Part shown: positions 17,913-27,639 of the stretch, piece after piece
Numbering within the stretch: the first letter of the stretch is position 1
How the letters are laid out: each line of letters starts with the position of its first letter
From: Polyangiales bacterium
GTDB taxonomy: Bacteria; Myxococcota_A; Polyangia; Polyangiales; Polyangiaceae
DNA length: 64,000 nucleotides
Assembly (NCBI GenBank): GCA_038231275.1
Contig: JBBRLQ010000001.1
Location: 160,001 to 224,000, forward strand
Direction of reading: 5' to 3'
Notes under the pieces: model-generated
What the model saw: the letters and a program-made list of their open reading frames with translations, nothing else
The model's database searches: none
Told to the model about the DNA's origin: nothing
Translations under genes and position numbers: made by a program

Positions 17913-19031
17913 CTACTTGCAGCGTGGATCCGCGTTCGTGGGGTCAATCACCGCCGCGGACGCCGCGAAGGTCGCGGCGAACCAGTAGCTGTCCTGGCAG
18001 CCTCCCGCGCCGCCGGGCGACGAGCAGTAGTCCCCGCGCTTCGCGATCTTCCCCGTCGCGTCGCGCTCGCACTTCGTGAGCGGCGCGGTCTGGGTCAGGA
18101 GCACGCAGAGCGACTGGTTCAGCTCCTTGATGAAGATGGTGTCCGCGTCTTCCAGCGTGATGTACCCGCCGATCGCCGCGGCCGGGTGCCACGCCGGGCA
18201 ATCGGCATGGGACTCCGTGCATGCGCGGTCGAGGCCGACGCGATCGAACGTCCCGACGCAGCTGCCATCGGGAGAGAGGGCCATGCTTTGGATCGTCACG
18301 CCGGAGAGCGGGAGCACGATGGCGGACGACCCTGCGTTGTCGAGAAAGATCGCCACGTTCAGCTTCGGGATCGGTGCGGTCTGAAGGCTCGCCGCGGTGC
18401 CTTGGAGCGCGACTGTTGCAGGGCGGAGATCGGATGTGCCGAAAACCTGGGTGTCGAAGCACGAGCCGACTCCGAAGGGGTCACTCGATGGCGGCGCGCT
18501 GCCCGTCTTGAGCGTGCGCGCGACGAGGTCGACGCGCAGCAACCACGTGAATGTGCCCTTCCCGATCTGGCCGCACTGTTTCGCGTTGAGCGTGGTCGCG
18601 GTGTCGACGACCGCCGTCTGGAGCGTCGGGTTGACATCGTACGTCATCGACGGCGGAGCAAGGAGGTTGAGTCGACGCATTCGGAAGTCGAGCACCGTCG
18701 ACGAGCCAGCGTTCGGTTTCATCGGAAGGCAGGTCGACGCCGATCCGCACGCGGCCTCGTCGATGGCACAGCCAGGGTCCGGCGTGCAGTTGCGGGTGGC
18801 GATGTCGCACGCGGGATCGGGGAATTCGCCGGGCTTCACCGCACAGGTGTGGCCGGTCGTCGGCGCGTCGGCGCTCACGTCCAGTCCGAGGATCGGTCCC
18901 GCGTCGAGCCCCGCGTCCGGCGCGACGGACACCGATGCGCCGCCGCACGCCACGAGGGTTCGGCCGCCGACGAAAGCGACCGAGAGAGCTCCGACGACGA
19001 AGCCCGCTGTTGATCTCCGTCCCACCCTCAA
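17913..19031 (-). CDS. Cys-rich putative lipoprotein, function unknown
   Basis: LVA-C lipobox, DAG linker, many Cys, coding-like codon usage; start uncertain. Confidence 0.7.
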   Translation of the reverse strand: MRVGRRSTAGFVVGALSVAFVGGRTLVACGGASVSVAPDAGLDAGPILGLDVSADAPTTGHTCAVKPGEFPDPACDIATRNCTPDPGCAIDEAACGSASTCLPMKPNAGSSTVLDFRMRRLNLLAPPSMTYDVNPTLQTAVVDTATTLNAKQCGQIGKGTFTWLLRVDLVARTLKTGSAPPSSDPFGVGSCFDTQVFGTSDLRPATVALQGTAASLQTAPIPKLNVAIFLDNAGSSAIVLPLSGVTIQSMALSPDGSCVGTFDRVGLDRACTESHADCPAWHPAAAIGGYITLEDADTIFIKELNQSLCVLLTQTAPLTKCERDATGKIAKRGDYCSSPGGAGGCQDSYWFAATFAASAAVIDPTNADPRCK

Positions 19032-19056
19032 GCCTGACCGGAAAAGCCGGTCAGGC
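19032..19056. terminator. Perfect hairpin downstream of ppk1 (possible terminator or stabiliser)
   Basis: GCCTGACCGG-AAAAG-CCGGTCAGGC, 10-bp perfect stem; weak U-tract. Confidence 0.5.
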
Positions 19057-19064
19057 CTCTCCGA

Positions 19065-19095
19065 CAGGAATCGTTTCGCTCGCTGCGCTCCGCTC
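19065..19095. repeat. Dispersed ~32-bp repeat, copy 1
   Basis: CAGGAATCGTTTCGCTC-GCTGCGCTCCGCTC matches 51711-51742 at 28/32 aligned positions. Confidence 0.7.
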
Positions 19096-19098
19096 CAC

Positions 19099-21423
19099 TC
19101 ATTCCCCGGACGGGTTCTTGTTCCGGCGCCGCGTCGTCTTGGGGACCTTGCCCTCGAGCGGCGATTTCTGCGCGGTCGGCGTCATGTGGAAGCGCGTGGC
19201 CGGCCGCGCCGCCGCCTCGTGCACCTTCACGACGTTGCGCGTGATCTCGATGAAGCGCGACTGGCTCCTTACGATCTGCGCGCCCGGCTTGGGCTGCACG
19301 CGCACGTAGCTGCCGTCGGCTTGCAGCGCCCACGCCTTCACGTTGTCCGACGCGCCGAGGGTGAGCGCGTCGATGAGCCGCGCGCGGAGCGAGTTGTCCT
19401 CGATTGGCACCATCACCTCGACGCGGCGGTGGAAGTTTCGCGGCATCCAGTCGGCGCTCGAGATGTACACCTCGTCCTTGCCGCCGTTCGCGAAGTGCAC
19501 GACGCGGCCGTGCTCCAGGTACCGGTCGACGATCGCGCGCACCTCGATGGTCTCGCTGACGCTCGGCACGCCGGGGCGCAGACAACAGATGCCGCGCACG
19601 ATGAGGGAGATGGGCACGCCCGCCTGCGACGCGCGGTAGAGCGCCTCGATGACGTCCTCGTCGACGACGGCGTTCATCTTCGCGACGATTCGCGCCGGCC
19701 GGCCGCTGCGCGCGTGCTCGGTCTCGCGCGCGATGAGGCCGAGCACCGTCTCGTGCAAACCGAGCGGCGCGACGATGAGGCTGTTCCACTTGGTCGGCGC
19801 GCTGTAGCCGGTGAGCAAGTTGAAGAGGCTCGACGCGTCCTCGGTGATGCCGGGCTTGCAGGTGAGGAGCGAAAAGTCGGTGTAGAGGCGCGCGCTCGAG
19901 GTGTTGTAGTTGCCGGTCGACAGGTGCACGTAGCGGCGGAGCTTGCCGCGCTCGCGGCGAATGATGAGGAGGCACTTGGCGTGCGTCTTGAGGCCGAGGA
20001 GGCCGTAGACGACGTGGACGCCCGCCTGCTCGAGCGCGCGCGCCCCCTGGATGTTCGACTCCTCGTCGAAGCGCGCCTTCAATTCGACGATTGCGGTGAC
20101 CTGCTTGCCGCTCTCCGCCGCGCGGGCGAGCGCCTTGATGATCGAGGAGTCGCCGCCGGCGCGGTAGAGCGTCTGCTTGATGGCGAGCACGTCGGGGTCG
20201 TCCGCCGCGCGCGCGATGAGATCGACGACCGAGTCGAACGTCTCGTACGGGTGGTGAAGGAGCACGTCCTGCTCGCGCATCACCGCGAACACGTCCTCCG
20301 CGTCGCGCAGCGGCGGCACCGCGAGCGGCGTGAACGGCTCGTCACGCAGCTCGCGGCGATCGTCGCGAGCGGCCATGTACAAGAGGTCCGCCACGTTCAG
20401 CAGACCCGCCGACACCGTCGACTGCGGCGTCTGGATCGACACGCGGTATACGTCGCGCTCCGGATCGAGCTTGAGCGCCTTGACGAGCTTCGCGAGCGAC
20501 GCCACCGTCGGTTCCCCTGCGACCTCGAGGCGCACCGCGTTTCCGCGTTCGCGACGGCGAAGCTCCTGCTGGATCGTCTGAAGGAGATCCTCGGCCTCCT
20601 CTTCGTCGATCTCGATGTCGAAGTTGCGCGTGACGCGGAAGGCGTAGACGCCCTTGAGGCGAACGCCCGGGAAGATCATCCCGACGTGCCGCGCGACGAG
20701 ATCCTCGAGGAGAACGAACGCGTGACGCGCCGCCGATCCGTCGGGCATCTTGATGCCGGGGATCTCCATCAAGCGCGGCAGGATCATCGGCACCTGCACG
20801 ACGCCGAAGCCCGCCTCCGCGGCGCCGTCGCCCATGAACATGACGCCGAGGTTCAGGCTCTTGTTGCGGACGTGCGGGAACGGGTGGCCCGGATCGATCG
20901 CGATCGGGGTCATGATCGGGAAGATCTCGTTCACGAACCGCTCGTCGAGCGCGGCGAGGGCGTCGGGCGGGAGCGCCTCGGGCTTGAGGAGCATGATGCC
21001 CTGCTCGGCGAGGCGCGGGAGGAGGTGGTTGACCAGGCCGACGGTGTGCTGGTGCACGAGATCGTGCACGCGCGTCGCGATGGTGTTCAGCTGCTCGGCG
21101 ACCGTCATCCCGTCGGGGGCGATCTCGCCGACCTCACCGGAGAGCTGCTGCTTCAGGCCGGCGACCCGTACCATGAAGAACTCGTCGAGGTTCGAGCTGA
21201 CGATCGCGTAGAACTTCAGTCGCTCGAGGAGCGGTACGCTCTCGCTCTCGGCCTCGGCGAGGACGCGCGCGTTGAACTCCAGCCACGACAGCTCGCGGTT
21301 CAAGTAGAGCGCGTTCGAGCGAAGGTCCGGTCCCTCGACCGCTACGAGCGACGCGACGGGCACCGCCGACGAGATCGGCGGATGCGGCGTCGCGCTCGAA
21401 ACGGGCCCAGAGTCGGTGGTCAT
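19099..21423 (-). CDS. ppk1: Polyphosphate kinase 1
   Basis: YLNRELSWLEFNARVL, SSNLDEFFMVRVAGL, LHHPYETF, IKQTLYR, ELKARFDEE, LKTHAK, STGNYN, DRYLEH, SADWMPRN. Confidence 0.97.
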   Translation of the reverse strand: MTTDSGPVSSATPHPPISSAVPVASLVAVEGPDLRSNALYLNRELSWLEFNARVLAEAESESVPLLERLKFYAIVSSNLDEFFMVRVAGLKQQLSGEVGEIAPDGMTVAEQLNTIATRVHDLVHQHTVGLVNHLLPRLAEQGIMLLKPEALPPDALAALDERFVNEIFPIMTPIAIDPGHPFPHVRNKSLNLGVMFMGDGAAEAGFGVVQVPMILPRLMEIPGIKMPDGSAARHAFVLLEDLVARHVGMIFPGVRLKGVYAFRVTRNFDIEIDEEEAEDLLQTIQQELRRRERGNAVRLEVAGEPTVASLAKLVKALKLDPERDVYRVSIQTPQSTVSAGLLNVADLLYMAARDDRRELRDEPFTPLAVPPLRDAEDVFAVMREQDVLLHHPYETFDSVVDLIARAADDPDVLAIKQTLYRAGGDSSIIKALARAAESGKQVTAIVELKARFDEESNIQGARALEQAGVHVVYGLLGLKTHAKCLLIIRRERGKLRRYVHLSTGNYNTSSARLYTDFSLLTCKPGITEDASSLFNLLTGYSAPTKWNSLIVAPLGLHETVLGLIARETEHARSGRPARIVAKMNAVVDEDVIEALYRASQAGVPISLIVRGICCLRPGVPSVSETIEVRAIVDRYLEHGRVVHFANGGKDEVYISSADWMPRNFHRRVEVMVPIEDNSLRARLIDALTLGASDNVKAWALQADGSYVRVQPKPGAQIVRSQSRFIEITRNVVKVHEAAARPATRFHMTPTAQKSPLEGKVPKTTRRRNKNPSGE

Positions 21424-21431
21424 CGGGAGGG

Positions 21432-23276
21432 CTATCTTACCTCATCTCCCCCGGGAGACGGCTTCGTCGGGGATTTCTGCAACGGAAGCGGGGCGATATC
21501 CCGTCGCATCCACACGTGATCCACCTCGAAAACCGCGGTTTCGACGTACCGCGCCTCCACCCACTCCGCCGTCCTAGGGCTGTGCTCCCGCAGGTCCTGG
21601 AAGGCGTCCTGCCAGGTGATCAGCGGCGACTTGTCGAGGAACACGAAGGCCGCCGGGGGCGCCTTCTCGAGGCGCGCCAGCAAGTCGACCTCGTGCTCGT
21701 CGCGGAGCGCCATGATGCGCGCCTGCTCCTGCGCGTTGGGGTGCAGGCCCGTCGGCTCCGGGAGCTGCCCCCCCGCGAGCGCGGCGTCGGCGTTGAGATC
21801 GTACGCGTAGATGTACGGCGTCGCGCTCATGCGCTCGGCGAGAAAGAGGATGTACGGATCCATGCCGTACATCTGGACCTTGTCGGTCGGTTTCGTGTGC
21901 TCCTTCAGGTACGCCGCCGTCTGGCGCATCTCCCACGGGAAAAAATCGTAGCTCGTGAAATAGATGAGGTAGTCGTGCGAGCTTCGCTCCTCGGCGTCGC
22001 GCGCCTTCGTGAGGATCCACAAGTTGGTCGTGTGCGGCGACATCGGCATCATCAACGCGACGCGCAGCGCCAGGGCGCTCGCCACGAGAAACGGCGCGAG
22101 GCGCGCGCCTGAGCGCTTCTGCGACTTCGACGCCGACGACCGCTCCCAGAGCCAGACGACGATCGCGAGCCACTGGAGGTGGAGGCCCGCGCTCACGGGA
22201 TGAAAGTGATACGGGAAGCCCTTGGCCTGCATCACCGCGCTCGCGAGGCCGCACAGAGGGAGCAGCGCGAGCGCGAGGGCTCGCCGCGGCATCTGCCGAT
22301 CGAAGATGAGGCCCAGCATCGCGGCGCTCGTGACGAACGAGAGCGCCGCGGTGGTGCTGATGCCGGGCAGCGCGAAGATCTCGACCGCTGCGCGCGGCCA
22401 GATGAAGCGGTACATGCGCGGCACGTCGACGAAGTAGATCCGCAGGAACGCGCCGATGTCGGCGTAAATCACCAGGTACGCGAGCTGCGAGAGCGCTCCG
22501 AACGCGCCGCCGATCCCGAACGCGACGAGGCGCGCCTTCTTCCCGAGCTTCGGCTCGTCGTCGACCACGAGCGCGAGCAGCTGCGCCATCGTGAAGAAGA
22601 CGAACGTAGGCTTGCCGAACCACGTGACGACGCTGAGCGCGCCGACGAGCACCAGGAGGCGCCGCGGCCACACGCTCCCCTCGCGCCGCAGCCCCGCCTG
22701 CGCGACGAGCTGGAGCATCACCGACGAGAGGAGGAACCAGTCGAAGAAGCTCTCGCGCTGCGCGATGTCCCAGTAGATGTACTGGAGGTACTGCCCCGAA
22801 AGCACGACCCATCCCGCGAAGGCCCACGCGAGGTGCGGCAAGATGCGCTCGGGGCGATCGAAGAGGCGCGCGGCCGGGCGGAGGCGCCGACCGATCCCGG
22901 GGAGGCATGCTCCGGCGAGCGCGAACGTAGCTCCGGTGACGCACAAGTCGAGGACACGGAAGCGGTGCTCGTCGGCGCCGCCGAGGTGCAAGAACACGAG
23001 GTGCACGAGGTGGGTCAGCGGGCCGTTCACGTCGCGGACGTCGAGGTAGTCCTTCGCGCCCTGATCCACGGCCCACGCGACGTACTGGAAGATGCCCTGA
23101 TCGCGCCCGAGCGTGGTGAGCGAGGCGCGGTGCGTGGCGTCGATGACCCAGAAGAGGGGCGGCAGCCCGACGATGAGCGCAGGAACCACTGCGAGGAGCA
23201 GCCGACGGAGGACGCGCGACCACGGGACCGCGCGCGGGCTCTCCGTCTCTTCCCTCGCCGCCTCGTCCCGCTGCAT
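21432..23276 (-). CDS. Integral membrane GT-C-fold glycosyltransferase (GT39/ArnT-like)
   Basis: N-terminal TM followed by RDQGIFQYVAW...DYLDVRDVNGPL loop, then many TM segments, KPTF, and a C-terminal soluble domain. Confidence 0.6.
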   Translation of the reverse strand: MQRDEAAREETESPRAVPWSRVLRRLLLAVVPALIVGLPPLFWVIDATHRASLTTLGRDQGIFQYVAWAVDQGAKDYLDVRDVNGPLTHLVHLVFLHLGGADEHRFRVLDLCVTGATFALAGACLPGIGRRLRPAARLFDRPERILPHLAWAFAGWVVLSGQYLQYIYWDIAQRESFFDWFLLSSVMLQLVAQAGLRREGSVWPRRLLVLVGALSVVTWFGKPTFVFFTMAQLLALVVDDEPKLGKKARLVAFGIGGAFGALSQLAYLVIYADIGAFLRIYFVDVPRMYRFIWPRAAVEIFALPGISTTAALSFVTSAAMLGLIFDRQMPRRALALALLPLCGLASAVMQAKGFPYHFHPVSAGLHLQWLAIVVWLWERSSASKSQKRSGARLAPFLVASALALRVALMMPMSPHTTNLWILTKARDAEERSSHDYLIYFTSYDFFPWEMRQTAAYLKEHTKPTDKVQMYGMDPYILFLAERMSATPYIYAYDLNADAALAGGQLPEPTGLHPNAQEQARIMALRDEHEVDLLARLEKAPPAAFVFLDKSPLITWQDAFQDLREHSPRTAEWVEARYVETAVFEVDHVWMRRDIAPLPLQKSPTKPSPGGDEVR

Positions 23277-23350
23277 GAAGGCCCGAACCTAGTTCAGGAA
23301 AGCCGCCGTCGCGAGCGGCAAAGGCGCGCCGCTCGGGATATTCTCGGGCC

Positions 23351-24391
23351 GTGGCCAAGACACGGAGCGCGAACGACGGCAGGGGCGGAGCCTCGGGTCA
23401 CGGCGTCTCCGGGCGTCTCGTTCTCCCGATGCTGCAGGGACTGAAGCGCCTCGGCGCGGACGTCGGGCCGCTCGTGGCGCACCTGGGAGAAGCCGACACG
23501 CTCGACGAGACGCAGGTCCTCGCGTTCCTCGATCGATTGAGCCGCGAGCTGGGAGATCCGCTGCTCGGCCTCTCCATCGCGCGCGCGGCGCCGCTCGGGA
23601 CGTTCGGCTTCATCGACTACTGCACGATGACGAGCCCGACCCTCGGCGACGCGCTCGAGCGCGTGACACGGTACGTCTGCATGCTGACCGATCGCGTGCG
23701 CGTGACCGTCGAGATCGACGGCGATCGCGCCATCGTCGCGCGCGCGCTGAAGTCGGGCGCGCTCCACAACCGGCACCTCTCCGAGTTCACCCTCGCGATC
23801 ATCGCCGAGCGGTGCCGCGAGGTCGTGGGCCCCGCGATGGCGTTTCGCGAATGCGCGTTCGCGCACGCGCCGGCGGCGGAGGTCGCGCGCTACGAGGCGT
23901 TCTTCGGCGCGCCCGTGAGCTTCGACGCGATGCGGGACGTGCTCGTGTTCGACGCGGTGCTCCTCACCCACCCGCTGAAGACGGCAGATCCCGCGGTCGC
24001 CGCGATGCTCGACGCGCACGGACGCCGGCTGGCCGTCGATACGGCTGGACACGATCCCGCGCTCGACGATCTCCGCCGAAAGATCTCCGCGCGCCTCGAG
24101 GACGGCACGCCGAGCCTCGCCGAGCTCGCGCACGCCAGCCACACCTCGGCGCGCACGCTCCAGCGGCGCCTCAGCGATCGCGGGACCAGCCTCCGCGCCC
24201 TCGTCGACGACGTGCGGCGCGAGGCGGCGCAGGAGCTCCTCGCGCGGCCCGACACGGAGATCTCGGAGATCTGCTTCGTCCTCGGCTTCTCCGATCCGGC
24301 GCCGTTCTACCGCGCCTTTCGCCGGTGGACGGGGACGACGCCGCAGAAGTTCCGCGATCAGACGTCTCCGCCGCGTCCGAACGGCGATTAG
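23351..24391 (+). CDS. AraC family transcriptional regulator (N-terminal Arabinose_bd_2-type domain)
   Basis: LGDPLLGL...SPTLGDAL; C-term ELAHASHTSARTLQRRL...ISEICFVLGFSDPAPFYRAFRRWTGTTP. Confidence 0.93.
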   Translation: MAKTRSANDGRGGASGHGVSGRLVLPMLQGLKRLGADVGPLVAHLGEADTLDETQVLAFLDRLSRELGDPLLGLSIARAAPLGTFGFIDYCTMTSPTLGDALERVTRYVCMLTDRVRVTVEIDGDRAIVARALKSGALHNRHLSEFTLAIIAERCREVVGPAMAFRECAFAHAPAAEVARYEAFFGAPVSFDAMRDVLVFDAVLLTHPLKTADPAVAAMLDAHGRRLAVDTAGHDPALDDLRRKISARLEDGTPSLAELAHASHTSARTLQRRLSDRGTSLRALVDDVRREAAQELLARPDTEISEICFVLGFSDPAPFYRAFRRWTGTTPQKFRDQTSPPRPNGD

Positions 24392-24398
24392 CCAGGGT

Positions 24399-24428
24399 TT
24401 GGCGCGTTCGTACAATTCATTGGCACGT
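24399..24428 (+). promoter_or_regulatory. Direct-repeat operator with 21-bp period, probable AraC binding site
   Basis: TTGGCGCGT (24399) and TTGGCACGT (24420), 21 bp apart, upstream of TAGCGT (24461) and ATG 24473. Confidence 0.55.
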
Positions 24429-24472
24429 CGGGTCCGTGACGGAGGATCGCGAACGCTTCATAGCGTCGCCCG

Positions 24473-26275
24473 ATGAAGCGTCGGTCCTTTCGGCGGGTGA
24501 TCTCGGCGTTGGCCCTCGCGCTCGTCGCCGCGTGCAGCGTGGGCGGCAAGGGAGGCTTCGACGGAGACACGTCGATCGACGCGGGACCGCCGCCCGACTT
24601 GGCCGAGACTCCGGACGCGACGGGCGGCATCCAAGACGGCAGCGGCGTCCTCAACAACGGGACGATCGACGCGGAGCCGAGCTGCACGCCTGACGCCGGT
24701 GGCCCCGGCCCGGTGCGACGCGTGTGCCTGCTCCCGAGCGACAACGAGTGCGACGGCAAGCACGACCTCGCCGGGTTTGCGCCGAACGGCAGCGGCGGCA
24801 ACGGCTTCGACGACGACTGCGACGGGCTCGTCGACGAGGGCTGCGCGTGCCCGGCGGCGGGCGTCACCAAGGAGTGCTTCCTCGTCCCCGCAAGCCAGAC
24901 GCTCGGCGGCGTGCCCGCGGGATGGTGCGCCGAGAATGCGCGCGGGACCGTCGACTGCGTGAAGAAGACGCAAGAGTTCGCGGGCACGTGGAGCGGACAG
25001 TGCCGCGGCGCGCAGCCTCCTTTCCCCGACGACGTGTGCGCGAAGGGAGACTTCGACTGCGACGGACGCGAAGAGAACAGCAAGGCGCACGACTGCAGCT
25101 GCGGCCCCGGCAGCATCCAGTGCCCGACGACGCCGCTCGAGACCGTGCCGTACCCGCCGCCCTCGCAGCTCCCACTCGTCGTCGACGCGGCGAAGTGGTT
25201 CCAGAACCCCGCCGAGTCGACGTCCGCGAAGAACTGGAAGTGGTCGCTCGTCGGCGGCGACTGCGACAACGTCCTGCCGCACCCGACGTTCGCAATGTAC
25301 AAAACGCAGGACGGCGCGGCCCCCCCCGTCGGCGCGCAGAAGGACACGCTCGGCGCGAGCGGCAAAGAGCACGGCGTCGTCGCGAGCGAGCCGACGATCA
25401 CGTCGTCGTTCTATCCGGCGTTCTCGCTCTCCGGCGACTACATCGTCACCGGCGAGTTCGATCTGTTCGGCAAGCACTATGCGTGCACGCAGAAGATCGC
25501 CGTGCGCGCGCCGGGGATCCGCGCCGAGGCGTGCTGGGACACCGAGACGGCCGGCGTCGATCTCGATCTGCACGTCGCCAGGGTCGACGGCTTCGCGAGC
25601 TGCCCCAAGAAGGGGTGGAGCGAGACCTGCGCGACCGAGGACTGCTACTACGGCAGCTGTTACGGAGGAAACGCGCTCTCCTGGTACCCGCCGTCGGCGT
25701 CGTCGGCGTGCCAAGGATGGGGCTCGCAGACGAGCGGCGCGTGCAATAACCCACGCCTCGATCGCGACGCGAACGGCCTCTCCGGCGTGTGCGACGCGAC
25801 GGTCACCAACCCCAACGCACCGGGCGGCGGCAGCGGCACCCCAGGCGGCGGATTCTGCGGCCCCGAGAACGTCAACGTCGACACGCCCGCCGACGGCTCG
25901 AAATACGCCGTCGCCGTGAAATACTTCGGCGGAAGCGGCGTCTCGCGCACGCACGTGAACGTCTACTGCAACGGCGAGCGCGTGCTCTCCACCGGCTACA
26001 GCCCGGTCACCGGCATCGACTTCCCGAAGCTCACGACGGCCGGCGACGACACCACCGGCGACATGTGGAAGGTGACGCTCATCACCGCGCAGGTGAAAAA
26101 CGGCGTGCTGTCGTGCGACGTGAAGCCGACCGCGTCGCAGAACCCGCACGCGGCGCTCGACGGGAACAGCGCCTACTGCGTCGACACGACGTCGATGGAT
26201 GGCGCGAACACGACCAAGTACCTCGCGCCCGGCGGCGCCGCGCCGCTGAACTCCGACGCGATGTGCTTCCACTGA
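24473..26275 (+). CDS. Cys-rich surface lipoprotein with DDDCDGxxDE motifs and a YfaP-like C-terminal domain
   Basis: Lipobox VAA-C; NGFDDDCDGLVDEGC, DFDCDG; WDTE..GVDLDLHV...GPENVNV...YAVAVKYF. Confidence 0.75.
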   Translation: MKRRSFRRVISALALALVAACSVGGKGGFDGDTSIDAGPPPDLAETPDATGGIQDGSGVLNNGTIDAEPSCTPDAGGPGPVRRVCLLPSDNECDGKHDLAGFAPNGSGGNGFDDDCDGLVDEGCACPAAGVTKECFLVPASQTLGGVPAGWCAENARGTVDCVKKTQEFAGTWSGQCRGAQPPFPDDVCAKGDFDCDGREENSKAHDCSCGPGSIQCPTTPLETVPYPPPSQLPLVVDAAKWFQNPAESTSAKNWKWSLVGGDCDNVLPHPTFAMYKTQDGAAPPVGAQKDTLGASGKEHGVVASEPTITSSFYPAFSLSGDYIVTGEFDLFGKHYACTQKIAVRAPGIRAEACWDTETAGVDLDLHVARVDGFASCPKKGWSETCATEDCYYGSCYGGNALSWYPPSASSACQGWGSQTSGACNNPRLDRDANGLSGVCDATVTNPNAPGGGSGTPGGGFCGPENVNVDTPADGSKYAVAVKYFGGSGVSRTHVNVYCNGERVLSTGYSPVTGIDFPKLTTAGDDTTGDMWKVTLITAQVKNGVLSCDVKPTASQNPHAALDGNSAYCVDTTSMDGANTTKYLAPGGAAPLNSDAMCFH

Positions 26276-26301
26276 TCCGCTTCCGCCAAGGAGCTCCTTC
26301 C

Positions 26302-27504
26302 ATGCGTTCCGTGAAGTCCCCTCGCGCGTTCGTGGCGTGCGCGACGCCCGTGGTCCTCTCCGTCTCCGTCCTCGTCGCCGCGTGCAGCGCAGACGGCGGC
26401 GCGCAAATCCCCGACGACGTCGACGCCGCCGTGCCCACCGCCGACTCGCTCGGCATCGACGCGTCGCGCGGGGGCTCCAACGACGCCGCGGCGCCGCTCG
26501 ACGCCACTCTGCCGGCCGATCCCGACGCCGCATCTCCGCCCACCGACGGCGCCACCTCCGACGCGACGCCGCCGAACGACGCGCAGATCGTCGAGGCGGG
26601 ACAAGACGCCGGCGGGCCGCAAGGCTCCGCGTGCCAGCCGCTCAGCCAGATCCAGCAGCAAGCGTGCGGCACATGCGGCTTCCAGACGCGCACGTGCCTC
26701 GCGACCGACGGCGGTCCCGTCGGCAAGTGGGGCGCGTGGGGCTTCTGCCAGGGACAGGTCGCGGGCGGCTGCACACCGGGACAATCCGCGACCGAGGCGT
26801 GCGGGTTCTGCGGGACGCGGCAGAAGGTCTGCCAGAACGACTGCACGTACGCGGTCGGCGCCTGCCAAGGTCAGCCCGCCAATCCTTGCCCGCCCGGAGC
26901 GATCGACTACGAGCTCGGCCTCTCCTGCGACGTCGGAGGACGCGAGCGCTTCTGCTCCGCGGCGTGCACGTGGGGAAGCTTCGGCGGTTGCTTCGTCCCC
27001 GAGGGTGGCCTCACCGGCGCGTCGATCAAGATCCCGGCGACCGTCGGCGCGAAGGCGAGCGCGAAGTTCACCCTCCCCGCTGCGCAGACGCTGGAGCTCC
27101 TCGGCGATACGTGCCCGACCGCGACGATCGGCACGACGATGACCTCGTACCAGTACGTCGAGGTCTACAACCCGACGGCGAAGACCGCGACGGTCTCGGT
27201 GTGGACCGGCAAGGCGACGGGCGGCGTCGACATCGACACGGTGATGGCCGCGTACGGCGGCGTGAACGTCCCCTTCACCGCCGCCGCGCGAATGGCTTGC
27301 GTGTCCGGCGTGAACGACAGCTGCACCGACGGCGACGCGACCGCGTGCAAGGCGAGCTGGGCGGGCCTCGTCGGGACCGACGCGGTGACGATCGGCGCGT
27401 ACGGCTCTGCGCTCGTCTACAACGCTGCGTTCAACGACGCCGCGTCGGGCAGCCCGCACGCCGGCGCCTACCAGCTCTTCGTCCGCACCGACGCGCTCCA
27501 ATAA
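26302..27504 (+). CDS. Cys-rich lipoprotein with CGxCG repeats and a C-terminal beta domain
   Basis: AAGGAG RBS; VAA-C lipobox; DAG/DAA linker; ACGTCGFQTRTC, ACGFCGTRQKVC; DIDTVMAAY. Confidence 0.75.
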   Translation: MRSVKSPRAFVACATPVVLSVSVLVAACSADGGAQIPDDVDAAVPTADSLGIDASRGGSNDAAAPLDATLPADPDAASPPTDGATSDATPPNDAQIVEAGQDAGGPQGSACQPLSQIQQQACGTCGFQTRTCLATDGGPVGKWGAWGFCQGQVAGGCTPGQSATEACGFCGTRQKVCQNDCTYAVGACQGQPANPCPPGAIDYELGLSCDVGGRERFCSAACTWGSFGGCFVPEGGLTGASIKIPATVGAKASAKFTLPAAQTLELLGDTCPTATIGTTMTSYQYVEVYNPTAKTATVSVWTGKATGGVDIDTVMAAYGGVNVPFTAAARMACVSGVNDSCTDGDATACKASWAGLVGTDAVTIGAYGSALVYNAAFNDAASGSPHAGAYQLFVRTDALQ

Positions 27505-27639
27505 GGCCGCGCTCTCGCCGGCGCCCGTCGTAACGCCCCGGCAACGCTCGGGATCGCTGCGGCATGTGGATTGCTCGTCGCTTACGTAAGGGGGAATCCT
27601 CGACGCTCGTTCGAAAAAAGCGCCACAATTCCCTCCACC

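Noticed and set aside
18397..21519. Very long alternative-frame and antisense ORFs (e.g. 18397-21519+, 5601-8546-, 26173-28515-, 28987-31371+)
   Set aside because: Shadow ORFs expected in very GC-rich DNA. They overlap well-supported genes, are Arg/Ala/Pro-rich and show no motifs.
24420..24436. Sigma54 promoter at TTGGCACG
   Set aside because: No GC at the -12 position (followed by TCGGGTCC); better explained as one half of the 21-bp direct repeat.
23330..27554. CGCTCGGGAT on both sides of the AraC-lipoprotein block as a target-site duplication
   Set aside because: Only 10 bp and GC-rich; insufficient without comparative genomes.
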